A DNA stretch of 32,000 nt. Source: Nitratidesulfovibrio vulgaris str. Hildenborough (lineage in GTDB: Bacteria > Desulfobacterota > Desulfovibrionia > Desulfovibrionales > Desulfovibrionaceae). The stretch spans positions 3,150,001 through 3,182,000 of the forward strand of contig NC_002937.3 of NCBI RefSeq assembly GCF_000195755.1, read 5' to 3'. Of this stretch, positions 25,305 to 32,000 are shown piece after piece (positions within the stretch are counted from its first letter, which is position 1; each line of letters starts with the position of its first letter). Position numbers and translations under genes: made by a program. Below the pieces are notes generated by a model. It saw only the letters and a program-made list of their open reading frames with translations, was not told where the DNA came from and did not search any database.

Positions 25305-25718
25305 TTATACGATGCCCTTCTCCCTGAGAACACGGCCCATCACCTGATCGGTGCCCCGTATGTGCCTGAACCACCACTCGGCGAGGTAGTCCAGAAGCTC
25401 CGGGGTGATGGTCGCGCCATTGTCGAGATACCGCAGCAGAAAACCGATGGCGTCCGAAAAGAACTCGCGGTGTTCCTGCATGTGCTTCTCGTAGTTGGGA
25501 ATGGCATCGGCCACGGGTTCCATGTAACGCCGCTCCGTGGCGAAGTGCATCTGGGCGTATTCGTTGATGCGGTTGATGAGCTCCGCCAGAACATCCCGCT
25601 CGCGTCCGGCCCGGTACGCCTCATGCAGCGTCGCGATGATATCGGTCATCTCGCGATGCTGTGCGTCTATCTCCGGTATGCCGACGTCCAGACTTGCATC
25701 CCACGTAAAGGTCGCCAT
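25305..25718 (-). CDS. Hemerythrin-like metal-binding protein (bacteriohemerythrin family)
   Basis: 137 aa from ATG 25718, with GGAGG upstream. FTWDASLDVGIPEIDAQHREM, HFATERRYM, YEKHMQEHREF, WWFRHIRGTD give the His/Glu/Asp ligand pattern of hemerythrins. Ends 46 nt before the asd start. Confidence 0.88.
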   Translation of the reverse strand: MATFTWDASLDVGIPEIDAQHREMTDIIATLHEAYRAGRERDVLAELINRINEYAQMHFATERRYMEPVADAIPNYEKHMQEHREFFSDAIGFLLRYLDNGATITPELLDYLAEWWFRHIRGTDQVMGRVLREKGIV

Positions 25719-25789
25719 GCTGCCTCCGTACAAACGATTCCCTGCTCCTCCCGACACCCGCCCGGTGACGCGGAAGGCGCAACCGCATC

Positions 25790-25818
25790 ACAATAGGCCA
25801 AGCGCGGGCCAAACTCAA
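25790..25818 (-). promoter_or_regulatory. Candidate sigma70-like promoter for hemerythrin-asd (-35 TTGAGT, 17 bp, -10 TATTGT on the minus strand)
   Basis: Minus-strand TTGAGT is the complement of 25813-25818, and TATTGT is the complement of 25790-25795. About 70 nt upstream of the hemerythrin ATG. Sequence inspection only. Confidence 0.3.
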
Positions 25819-25841
25819 ACATCCGTTACGCCCCTGCGCCA

Positions 25842-26276
25842 TCAACGGCGCACGAGAAACACCCCGACGAGCACAAAGGCCACGCCCAGTGCCCGCATGA
25901 GGTCGAAACTGCGCTGCCTGTAGCCCAGAAGCCCGAAATGGTCGAGCAGCGAAGCCACCACAAGCTGCCCCGCGATGACCAGCACCACCGTGGTCACTGC
26001 CCCGAGGCGAGGCGCGAGAAAGGTGACGGCCGCCACGAAGAACGCCCCCAGAAGCCCGCCCGTCCAGTGCCACCACGACGTACCGGCAGGCGAGGCCACG
26101 GGCAGACGCGCCACGAAGACCCAGCCCGCCAGCGCCACCGTGCCCACGGCGAACGAAGCGCAGGCCGTCAGCACCGGATGACGCGCCCACTGTTCGGTGA
26201 GCATGGCGTTGATGCCCGCCTGCGTGGGCAGTACCGCCCCGGCAAGCAACCCCATCAGCAGCAGAACCGTCTGCAT
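25842..26276 (-). CDS. DUF606/YdcZ-like inner-membrane protein (DMT superfamily half-transporter)
   Basis: 144 aa from ATG 26276. Four to five hydrophobic helices. N-terminus LLAGAVLPTQAGINAML and C-terminus VIAGQLVVASLLDHFGLLGY...RALGVAFVLVGVFLV match my memory of the YdcZ family. The 47-codon extension to 26417 is rejected. Confidence 0.75.
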   Translation of the reverse strand: MQTVLLLMGLLAGAVLPTQAGINAMLTEQWARHPVLTACASFAVGTVALAGWVFVARLPVASPAGTSWWHWTGGLLGAFFVAAVTFLAPRLGAVTTVVLVIAGQLVVASLLDHFGLLGYRQRSFDLMRALGVAFVLVGVFLVRR

Positions 26277-26497
26277 GGTCTCTCTCCTGTTCGATGCGCG
26301 GGCAGCATTGCCGCTACACGAGCGAACGCGACTGTGAAACGCCTGATCACACCGGGTCTTCAAGCCACCGTGCCCGGCCCGAAGACACGGCACATGTGCC
26401 GGACTGGACGCCTGCACCGTACGGCCTTTCGAGGCATTGAAGGCCGGGCAGCCCCCGCCTGTAGGCCGGGCGCTTCGTTCAGCCCGGGCAGCCCTCT

Positions 26498-26887
26498 TTA
26501 CGGTCGGTCAGGCAAGTCGGCCACCAGCTCGAGGTCGGCCTCGAGGAACGGCAAGGCCAGCGCCTCCGTGCGTGTCATCCACGCAAGGCCATGCCCCTCG
26601 TGCGGGAAGGGTTCCCCCTCGAAGCGGGTCACATGGTAGAAGCGCAAGGCGACCGAAAGTTCGGGGTAGTCGTGCCGCACCTCACGCCACAGCGATGCCG
26701 TCAGGGGGCGCACGCCCAACTCCTCGCCCAGTTCACGGGCAAGGGCCTCTTCCGGGGTCTCGCCCGGTTCGACCTTGCCCCCCGGGAACTCCCATGCGCC
26801 AGCGCGCGGCTTGCCCTCGGGCCTGCACACGGCGAGAAAACGGTCGCCGCGCCACAGGATGCCCGCCACGACGGGAACCACACGCAT
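26498..26887 (-). CDS. Nudix hydrolase (MutT-like)
   Basis: 129 aa (130 if GTG 26890 is used). Nudix box GGKVEPGETPEEALARELGEELGV. The start overlaps the ABC-F stop (minus-strand GTGATG: stop TGA at 26889-26887, ATG at 26887-26885). Confidence 0.88.
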   Translation of the reverse strand: MRVVPVVAGILWRGDRFLAVCRPEGKPRAGAWEFPGGKVEPGETPEEALARELGEELGVRPLTASLWREVRHDYPELSVALRFYHVTRFEGEPFPHEGHGLAWMTRTEALALPFLEADLELVADLPDRP

Positions 26888-28866
26888 CACAGCGCCTCCG
26901 TCGACAGGGCGGCGCGTTGCGCCTCTAGTTCTGCGATGACCGGCTCAAGCTCGCCCATGCGTTCGAGCAGCTTCTCGGAGGCGGCCTGCAATTCGCCGAA
27001 CCGTTGCAGCAGGGCCGAAGCCCGTGCACCATCGGCATAGACGTCGGGGTCGGCGAGTTCGGCCTCTACCGTGCCCTGTTCGTCAAGCAGCTTCTCAAGG
27101 TCGGCTTCAAGCTTGGCGTAGGCATCCTGCCGGGGCTTCAGTTCCTTGTACAGGCGGTTGCGGGCCTCTGCCTGCTCGCGCTTGAGACGCTTGAGCTCCT
27201 CGCGGTTGAGGTTGCCGCCGCCACGCTGGGCGTCGGTCTCGCCGTCCGAGAGGCTTCCGCCACCGGCGGCACGGCGCGCCTCGTCGTAGGCTTCGAAACC
27301 CTGATCGAAGACGGTGATGCCATCACCCCCCAGTGCCCACACCTCGTCGGCGACGCTGGAGAGCAGATGCCGGTCGTGCGCCACCATGAGGATGGTGCCC
27401 TCATACGCGTCGAGCGCTTCGACGAGGGCCTCGCGGCTTTCGAGGTCGAGGTGGTTGGTGGGTTCGTCGAGCACGAGGAAGTTCGCGCGCGAAAGAAAGA
27501 GCGTTGCCAGCACGAGACGGCTCTTCTCGCCGCCCGAGAGCGAACGGACGAAGCGTTCGAAATAGCCCTGCCCCAGCATGAAGAGGCCGAGCACGCTCAT
27601 GAGTTCCTCTTCGGTGGTGCGCGGGTCGGAAAGGCGCCGTATCTCGCCGAGCACTGTCCCGTCGGGGTTGAGCGTCTCGAGCTGGTGCTGGCTGAAGTAG
27701 CCCATGCGCACCAGCGACCCCGCCGCCACCGTACCGCCCGAGCGTTCGAGCCTGCCGCCGATGATCTTCAGCAGTGTGGACTTGCCGCACCCGTTGGGCC
27801 CTACGAGGGCGATCTTCTGCCCCCGGTAGAGGTTGAACGAGAGCCGGGGCCACAGGCGTGTGCCGTCGGGGAAGGCATAGTCGAGGTCGACCACGCCAAG
27901 CACGGTCTTGTCGGCACGGGCGGGTTCGGGCCACTTGAAGGCCAGCGACTTGCGCCGCGCCTCGGGCTGGAAGTTCTCCAGCTCCTTCTCGAGCTTCTTC
28001 GCCATCTTCTGCCGCGAACCGGCCTGCCGTGCTTTGGTGGCCTTGGCGCGGAACCGCTCCACGAAGGCCATCTTGCGGCCTATCTCGTCGGCAAGACGTT
28101 GCGCCTCGCGCTCGCGCTGGGCCTCGATCTCCTCCTGCGTCTCCACGAACTGGCTGAACGAACCGCGCCTGTAGAGCGGCTTGCTGCCGCCCAGATACAG
28201 CACATGCGTACCCACCTTGTTCATGAACACGAGGTCGTGCGCCACGAAGAGCAACGCACCCTTGTATTCCATGAGAAAGGTCTCGAGCCATTCCACGGCT
28301 TCGAGGTCGAGGTGGTTGGTGGGTTCGTCGAGCAGCAGCACGTCCGCCCCGGCGGTGAGCACGCGGGCGAGCTTCGCCCTCTCGCGCCAGCCGCCCGAGA
28401 GTTGACGCAACGGCAGCAGCCACTTGCGCTCCGAGAAGCCGAGACCGGAGAGCACGGCGCGGGCGCGATGCTCCGGGTTGTAGCCGTACACCTGTTCCAG
28501 TTCGGCCTGACGCGCACCAAGGCGCTTCAGGGCCGCCTCGTCGCCGCTGGCGGAGGCCGCTTCCCAGTCCTCCCAGAAGTCGTTCCAGTCGGGCAGCACG
28601 TCTTGCACCCAGTGCAACAGTTGCGTGTCGAGCACCGACTCGTCCAGTTCCTGCTCGACATAGCCGAGACGGCACCCCTTGGGGAGGATGATGCGCCCGC
28701 CGTCGGGGTGGTCGACACCCGCCACGAGACGCAACAGGGTCGACTTGCCGCATCCGTTGGGGCCGCAGATGCACAGGCGCACCCCGGACTGCACCTCGAG
28801 GGAGAAGTCGGAGAGGATGTCGCGGCCACCGAAGGTCTTGCTGAGATTCTGTATGGTGAAGTTCAT
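26887..28866 (-). CDS. ABC-F family ATPase (Uup/YheS-like, two ABC cassettes, no TM domain, C-terminal coiled coil)
   Basis: 659 aa. Walker A GPNGCGKST twice. Signatures LSGGWRERAKLA and LSGGEKSRLVLA. Walker B LLLDEPTNHLD and LVLDEPTNHLD. Charged inter-domain linker. C-terminal ~100 aa are Glu/Leu/Ala/Arg-rich and helical. Confidence 0.92.
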   Translation of the reverse strand: MNFTIQNLSKTFGGRDILSDFSLEVQSGVRLCICGPNGCGKSTLLRLVAGVDHPDGGRIILPKGCRLGYVEQELDESVLDTQLLHWVQDVLPDWNDFWEDWEAASASGDEAALKRLGARQAELEQVYGYNPEHRARAVLSGLGFSERKWLLPLRQLSGGWRERAKLARVLTAGADVLLLDEPTNHLDLEAVEWLETFLMEYKGALLFVAHDLVFMNKVGTHVLYLGGSKPLYRRGSFSQFVETQEEIEAQREREAQRLADEIGRKMAFVERFRAKATKARQAGSRQKMAKKLEKELENFQPEARRKSLAFKWPEPARADKTVLGVVDLDYAFPDGTRLWPRLSFNLYRGQKIALVGPNGCGKSTLLKIIGGRLERSGGTVAAGSLVRMGYFSQHQLETLNPDGTVLGEIRRLSDPRTTEEELMSVLGLFMLGQGYFERFVRSLSGGEKSRLVLATLFLSRANFLVLDEPTNHLDLESREALVEALDAYEGTILMVAHDRHLLSSVADEVWALGGDGITVFDQGFEAYDEARRAAGGGSLSDGETDAQRGGGNLNREELKRLKREQAEARNRLYKELKPRQDAYAKLEADLEKLLDEQGTVEAELADPDVYADGARASALLQRFGELQAASEKLLERMGELEPVIAELEAQRAALSTEAL

Positions 28867-29100
28867 GGCTCTATGCTGCTTTGCCCGTCGCCCGGCCCGG
28901 GTGACGGGAAGGATGCTGTCTTGCGACCGGGGTGTTCCGTGGAGTACCCCGGCGGACGAATCGCGTCATCGTGCGGCCCGTGTAGCGTCAGGCGGCGGTC
29001 GAAACGACAGGGAGATGACGGGACAGGGCGTCGGCTGACGGTCGGGAGGCGCGTGTACGACATGGCGGGGCACCCGGAAGGAATGCCCCGCCCTTGTGTG

Positions 29101-29994
29101 CTATTCCACGAAGTCGGCGTCGTCGACGCCACCCGCCTCGCCGTCACCGCCAAGGCCGAGGCGTTCCTGACGGGCGGCCTCCTGCTTGCGCTCGCGGGTG
29201 CCCAGCTTGCGGAACGAATCCCAGTCGGCCGAGCGTTCCTGATGCCGCGCGAAGACCAGAAAGCCCGTGTGGGCGATCATGCGGTCTTCGGGGCGCAGCC
29301 TGTCGGCCACGGGCTTCCAGCGGCGGACGAGAATCTCGCTCACCTCGATCTCGTCGAAGGGGCCGCGTTCGAGACCATGCAGCAACTGGCTCACCTGTGC
29401 CACCGTGGGCAGCAAAAAGCCCAGCATGGCGCCGGACTTGACGGCCTTCACCGCGTTGTCGAGGTATTCCCACGGGGTGCGCACGTCGAGGAACAGGGCA
29501 TCGGCCCCGGTCACATCGAAACCCTCGGCGATGTCTCGATGGATGAGCGTGACGTTCTCGCCAAGCCCCGCCCAGTCGAGGTTGCGCCGGGCGAGCTTCA
29601 TGAACTCCTCGCGGGCCTCATGGGTGTAGATGCGCCCGGTGGGCCCGGCGAACCACGACAACGCAAGCGTCAGGCTGCCCGACCCCGAACCGGCCTCAAC
29701 GATGGTACGACCCGGCCCGACCCCGAGGCGCATGCAGATGTACCCGATGTCCTTGGGGTAGATGACCTGCGTCTGGCGCTTCACGCCGCGCACGAGGTCG
29801 TGGATGGTGGGTTCGAGGACGCGGTAGGGCACCCCCTTGGTGGACCGCACCTCGGTGCCGAAGTCGGCGGCGGCGATGTCGCTCATGGCGATGATGCCAT
29901 CGTTGCCGTGCATGTCCTGCCCTTCGACGACGCGACGCAGGTAGCGCTTGCCGCGGGGGTTGATGAGAATGACAAGTTTTCCGTACTCGGGCAT
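29101..29994 (-). CDS. trmI: tRNA (adenine-N1)-methyltransferase, TrmI/GCD14 family (m1A58-type)
   Basis: 297 aa from ATG 29994, with GGAGG upstream. RTQVIYPKDIGYI, SAM motif IVEAGSGSGSLTLAL, GRIYTHEAREEF, LFLDVRTPWEYL and RPEDRMIAHTGFLVFAR fit GCD14/TrmI. Confidence 0.85.
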   Translation of the reverse strand: MPEYGKLVILINPRGKRYLRRVVEGQDMHGNDGIIAMSDIAAADFGTEVRSTKGVPYRVLEPTIHDLVRGVKRQTQVIYPKDIGYICMRLGVGPGRTIVEAGSGSGSLTLALSWFAGPTGRIYTHEAREEFMKLARRNLDWAGLGENVTLIHRDIAEGFDVTGADALFLDVRTPWEYLDNAVKAVKSGAMLGFLLPTVAQVSQLLHGLERGPFDEIEVSEILVRRWKPVADRLRPEDRMIAHTGFLVFARHQERSADWDSFRKLGTRERKQEAARQERLGLGGDGEAGGVDDADFVE

Positions 29995-30274
29995 TGGTTC
30001 CTCCGGTATGTTCGGGCCGCGAAGCGCATCCTGCACGTCTCACGGCAGGCCGGCGGGCTTGGTATCGGGATGGAGGCCCCGAAGGGCGTACACGGGAAGC
30101 GACCACGAAGGCATGAATGTGGTGCATCCCCGTTCCGTGCGAGGCGCGGCATGGCCGCAGTATCTGTTATGGCACCTGTGCCGTACAGACAGCCGCGCCC
30201 GCTGTCAAGAACGCTCGCGGCACACGGTGTCAGCCGATTATCACCGCATCCTTTGCGCCTCTTCCCGGTTTCTG

Positions 30275-30303
30275 TTGCATTTTTCCGTAAAACCCGTTTT
30301 GAT
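30275..30303 (+). promoter_or_regulatory. Candidate sigma70-like promoter for the radical SAM gene (-35 TTGCAT, 17 bp, -10 TTTGAT)
   Basis: TTGCAT at 30275-30280 and TTTGAT at 30298-30303, in a locally AT-richer patch ~60 nt upstream of ATG 30365. Inspection only. Confidence 0.3.
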
Positions 30304-30364
30304 ACGCTCTCGGCACGTCTTCCACGACGCGCCCCGAAGAGTTTTCGAGCAGGATTTCCGCCCC

Positions 30365-31459
30365 ATGACCTATGCCTACGTGTTCGGCCCCGTCGCGTCG
30401 AGCCGCCTTGGACGTTCCCTTGGCCTCGACCTGCTGGGCAGACGCATCTGCTCCATGGACTGTCTCTACTGTGAGGTAGGCAGTACCGATACGCTCACCA
30501 CCGAACGCGCACCGTGGGTGCCTGCCGACGTGCTGCTGGGCGAGCTTGCACAATGGGCAGCTGAACATCCTGAACGTCCCGACCACCTCACGCTGGGCGG
30601 TTCGGGAGAACCCTGCCTGAACAGCGACCTCGCGACCATCATCGCGGGGTGCCGCCGCATCATGCCGGGTGTGCCCGTGGCCGTGCTCACCAATGCCACC
30701 CTGCTGGACAGGGCCGACGTGCGGGCCGACCTTGCCAGCGCAGACGTGGTGCTGCCGTCGCTCGACTCGCTCGTGGAGAGCGAATTCCGGCGCATCAACC
30801 GCACCTGTGGGGGCATCACGGCCCATGCCGTCGCCGGGGGCATACTCGATTTCGCGAGAGACTTCAGCGGACGCATCTGGCTGGAGGTGCTACTTCTGCA
30901 GGGCGTGAACGACACGCCCGAGAACCTTGCACTGCTCACCGATTTTGTCCGTGAACTCGCACCGGACAGGGTGGACGTGACCACCCTCTCACGCCCCGGC
31001 ACTTGGCCGGGGGCCCGCCCCGCCGACCGGGAGACGCTGGCCGCATGGCGCACGGCGCTGAACGCCGCCGCAAGGCCCGCAGGTGGACACGCGGCCCCCG
31101 CTGCCGCAGCCCCATCCCTGACCGGAAGGGCTGCGCCCGATGCGCCATCCACGGGGCCGTCGTCTGCGGATGCAGGTCATGCCGGGGGGCTGACGCCCGA
31201 TGGCATGCCCCGCATCACGAACGGTGCCACAACGGGTACCGGGCCTGATGTCGCGACGGACGTGGTCGAATCGCTACGCCGCCGCCCGCAGACAGTGGGC
31301 CAGCTGGCGCAGGCCCTCGCCCGGCCCGAAGACGCTCTTCGCGCCGAGGTGGAGACACTGGCACGGGCAGGACGCATCCGCCCCGTGACAGACGGTCTCA
31401 CCCACTCCGCATCCGGCGAGGTCTTCTGGACCGCCCGCCACGCGGAAACCGGGGAATAG
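30365..31459 (+). CDS. Radical SAM protein with Ala/Pro/Gly-rich linker and C-terminal winged-helix-like domain
   Basis: 364 aa from ATG 30365. N-terminus YVFGPVASSRLGRSLGLDL followed by CSMDCLYC (CxxxCxxC). GGSGEPCL and VAVLTNATLL fit the radical SAM core. The listed ORF start at 29948 overlaps trmI antisense and is rejected. Confidence 0.85.
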   Translation: MTYAYVFGPVASSRLGRSLGLDLLGRRICSMDCLYCEVGSTDTLTTERAPWVPADVLLGELAQWAAEHPERPDHLTLGGSGEPCLNSDLATIIAGCRRIMPGVPVAVLTNATLLDRADVRADLASADVVLPSLDSLVESEFRRINRTCGGITAHAVAGGILDFARDFSGRIWLEVLLLQGVNDTPENLALLTDFVRELAPDRVDVTTLSRPGTWPGARPADRETLAAWRTALNAAARPAGGHAAPAAAAPSLTGRAAPDAPSTGPSSADAGHAGGLTPDGMPRITNGATTGTGPDVATDVVESLRRRPQTVGQLAQALARPEDALRAEVETLARAGRIRPVTDGLTHSASGEVFWTARHAETGE

Positions 31460-31504
31460 CCCCGCAAATTTCAGACATTTCTTACAACTTTCTTCGAGGA
31501 ACGC

Positions 31505-32000
31505 ATGACAACAGCAAAGAAGGGCAAGCGCAAGATGTACATCAGCGTGCTGCCGGGAGAACAGGTCGAAGTGGCCCTCTCCGAGGACGGCGCCGTCACG
31601 GAATACTACGTGGAGATGCTGCATCAGGCCAAGACCAAGGGTAACATCTACAAGGGTGTCATCAACAACATCGACACCAACCTGCAAGCCGCCTTCGTCA
31701 ACTACGGGGCCGAAAAGAACGGCTTTCTCCAGATAGACGAGGTGCACCCCGAATACTACATCTCGCCGCACGACCCCACCAAGGGCAAGAAGTACCCGCT
31801 CATGCAGAAGGTTCTGAAGGCGGGTCAGGAAGTGCTTGTGCAGGTTGTGAAAGAACCCACCGGGAACAAGGGCGCCTTTCTCACTTCGTATCTTTCGCTG
31901 CCGGGCCGCTTTCTCGTGCTCACGCCGGGGCGCGAACAGATTGGCGTCTCCCGCAAGGTCGAGGACGACGAGGAACGCAGCCGCCTGCGCGAGATGCTTG
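31505..32000 (+). CDS. rne: Ribonuclease E/G family, N-terminal S1 domain; 3' end outside window
   Basis: Not in the ORF track because it has no stop in the window; I translated it by hand. MTTAKKGKRKMYISVLPGEQVEVALSEDGAVTEYYVE...KGNIYKGVINNIDTNLQAAFVNYGAEKNGFLQIDEV...GQEVLVQVVKEPTGNKGAFLTSYLSLPGRFLVLTP is the classic RNase E/G N-terminus. GAGGAA lies 5 nt upstream. Confidence 0.9.
   Translation, partial: MTTAKKGKRKMYISVLPGEQVEVALSEDGAVTEYYVEMLHQAKTKGNIYKGVINNIDTNLQAAFVNYGAEKNGFLQIDEVHPEYYISPHDPTKGKKYPLMQKVLKAGQEVLVQVVKEPTGNKGAFLTSYLSLPGRFLVLTPGREQIGVSRKVEDDEERSRLREML

Noticed and set aside
30171-30184. TGGCAC motif suggesting a sigma54 (-24) element
   Set aside because: The -12 element TTGC is missing at the required spacing (the sequence reads TGGCAC-CTGTG-CCGT). 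The motif is better explained as half of a palindrome. The nearby GG-N8-TTGCA at about 30266-30279 also has the wrong spacing.
27004-30474. 1156-aa ORF on the plus strand, the longest in the track
   Set aside because: It runs antisense through the ABC-F and TrmI genes and across two intergenic regions. Its composition is low-complexity and Gly/Arg/Ala/Val/Glu-rich with no domain signatures. It is an artefact of high GC.
1-32000. CRISPR arrays, IS elements, long direct or tandem repeats, rRNA, prophage or defence genes
   Set aside because: Reading both strands, I found no spaced repeat arrays, no transposase, integrase or recombinase-like ORFs and no rRNA-like segments. The only tandem repeat noted is the 15-bp coding duplication at 16116-16144.

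Overview
About 32 kb of high-GC, densely coding bacterial chromosome (27 protein genes, 1 tRNA). Gene content and order look like a Desulfovibrio-type sulfate reducer. From memory it matches the lactate-utilisation region of D. vulgaris Hildenborough, which I cannot verify here. Bases 1-9538 (+ strand) form one long operon. It encodes two lactate dehydrogenase systems (GlcD-like flavoprotein with a GlcF-like Fe-S/CCG subunit, and LutC with a fused LutB-LutA). These flank pta-ackA and a stand-alone paralogue of the Pta N-terminal DRTGG region, and the operon ends at a clean rho-independent terminator. Next come a Cache-type chemoreceptor, a translationally coupled rhodanese/di-iron fusion plus DUF362 pair (- strand), tRNA-Pro(GGG), and an orphan family-3 solute-binding protein. 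After these are a c553-like cytochrome with a YgdI/YgdR-type lipoprotein, a GT-A-like hypothetical, a TPR protein and a cytoplasmic multi-PAS hybrid histidine kinase. The right third holds a GT4 glycosyltransferase and a minus-strand housekeeping run: class IV aminotransferase, asd, hemerythrin, DUF606 membrane protein, Nudix hydrolase, ABC-F ATPase and TrmI. A divergent radical SAM gene follows, then the 5' end of rne. I saw no CRISPR array, IS/transposase, integrase, prophage, toxin-antitoxin pair or recognisable defence gene. I do not find a convincing novel multi-gene system. The best candidates for something undescribed are: (i) the rhodanese-diiron/DUF362 pair; (ii) the stand-alone Pta-N-terminal paralogue inside the lactate operon; (iii) a 21-aa hydrophobic ORF with a Shine-Dalgarno site and a bidirectional terminator; (iv) the TrmI / radical-SAM-wHTH / RNase E neighbourhood; (v) a 470-bp gene-free gap. 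All functional calls rest on motif recognition in the supplied translations. No searches were run.
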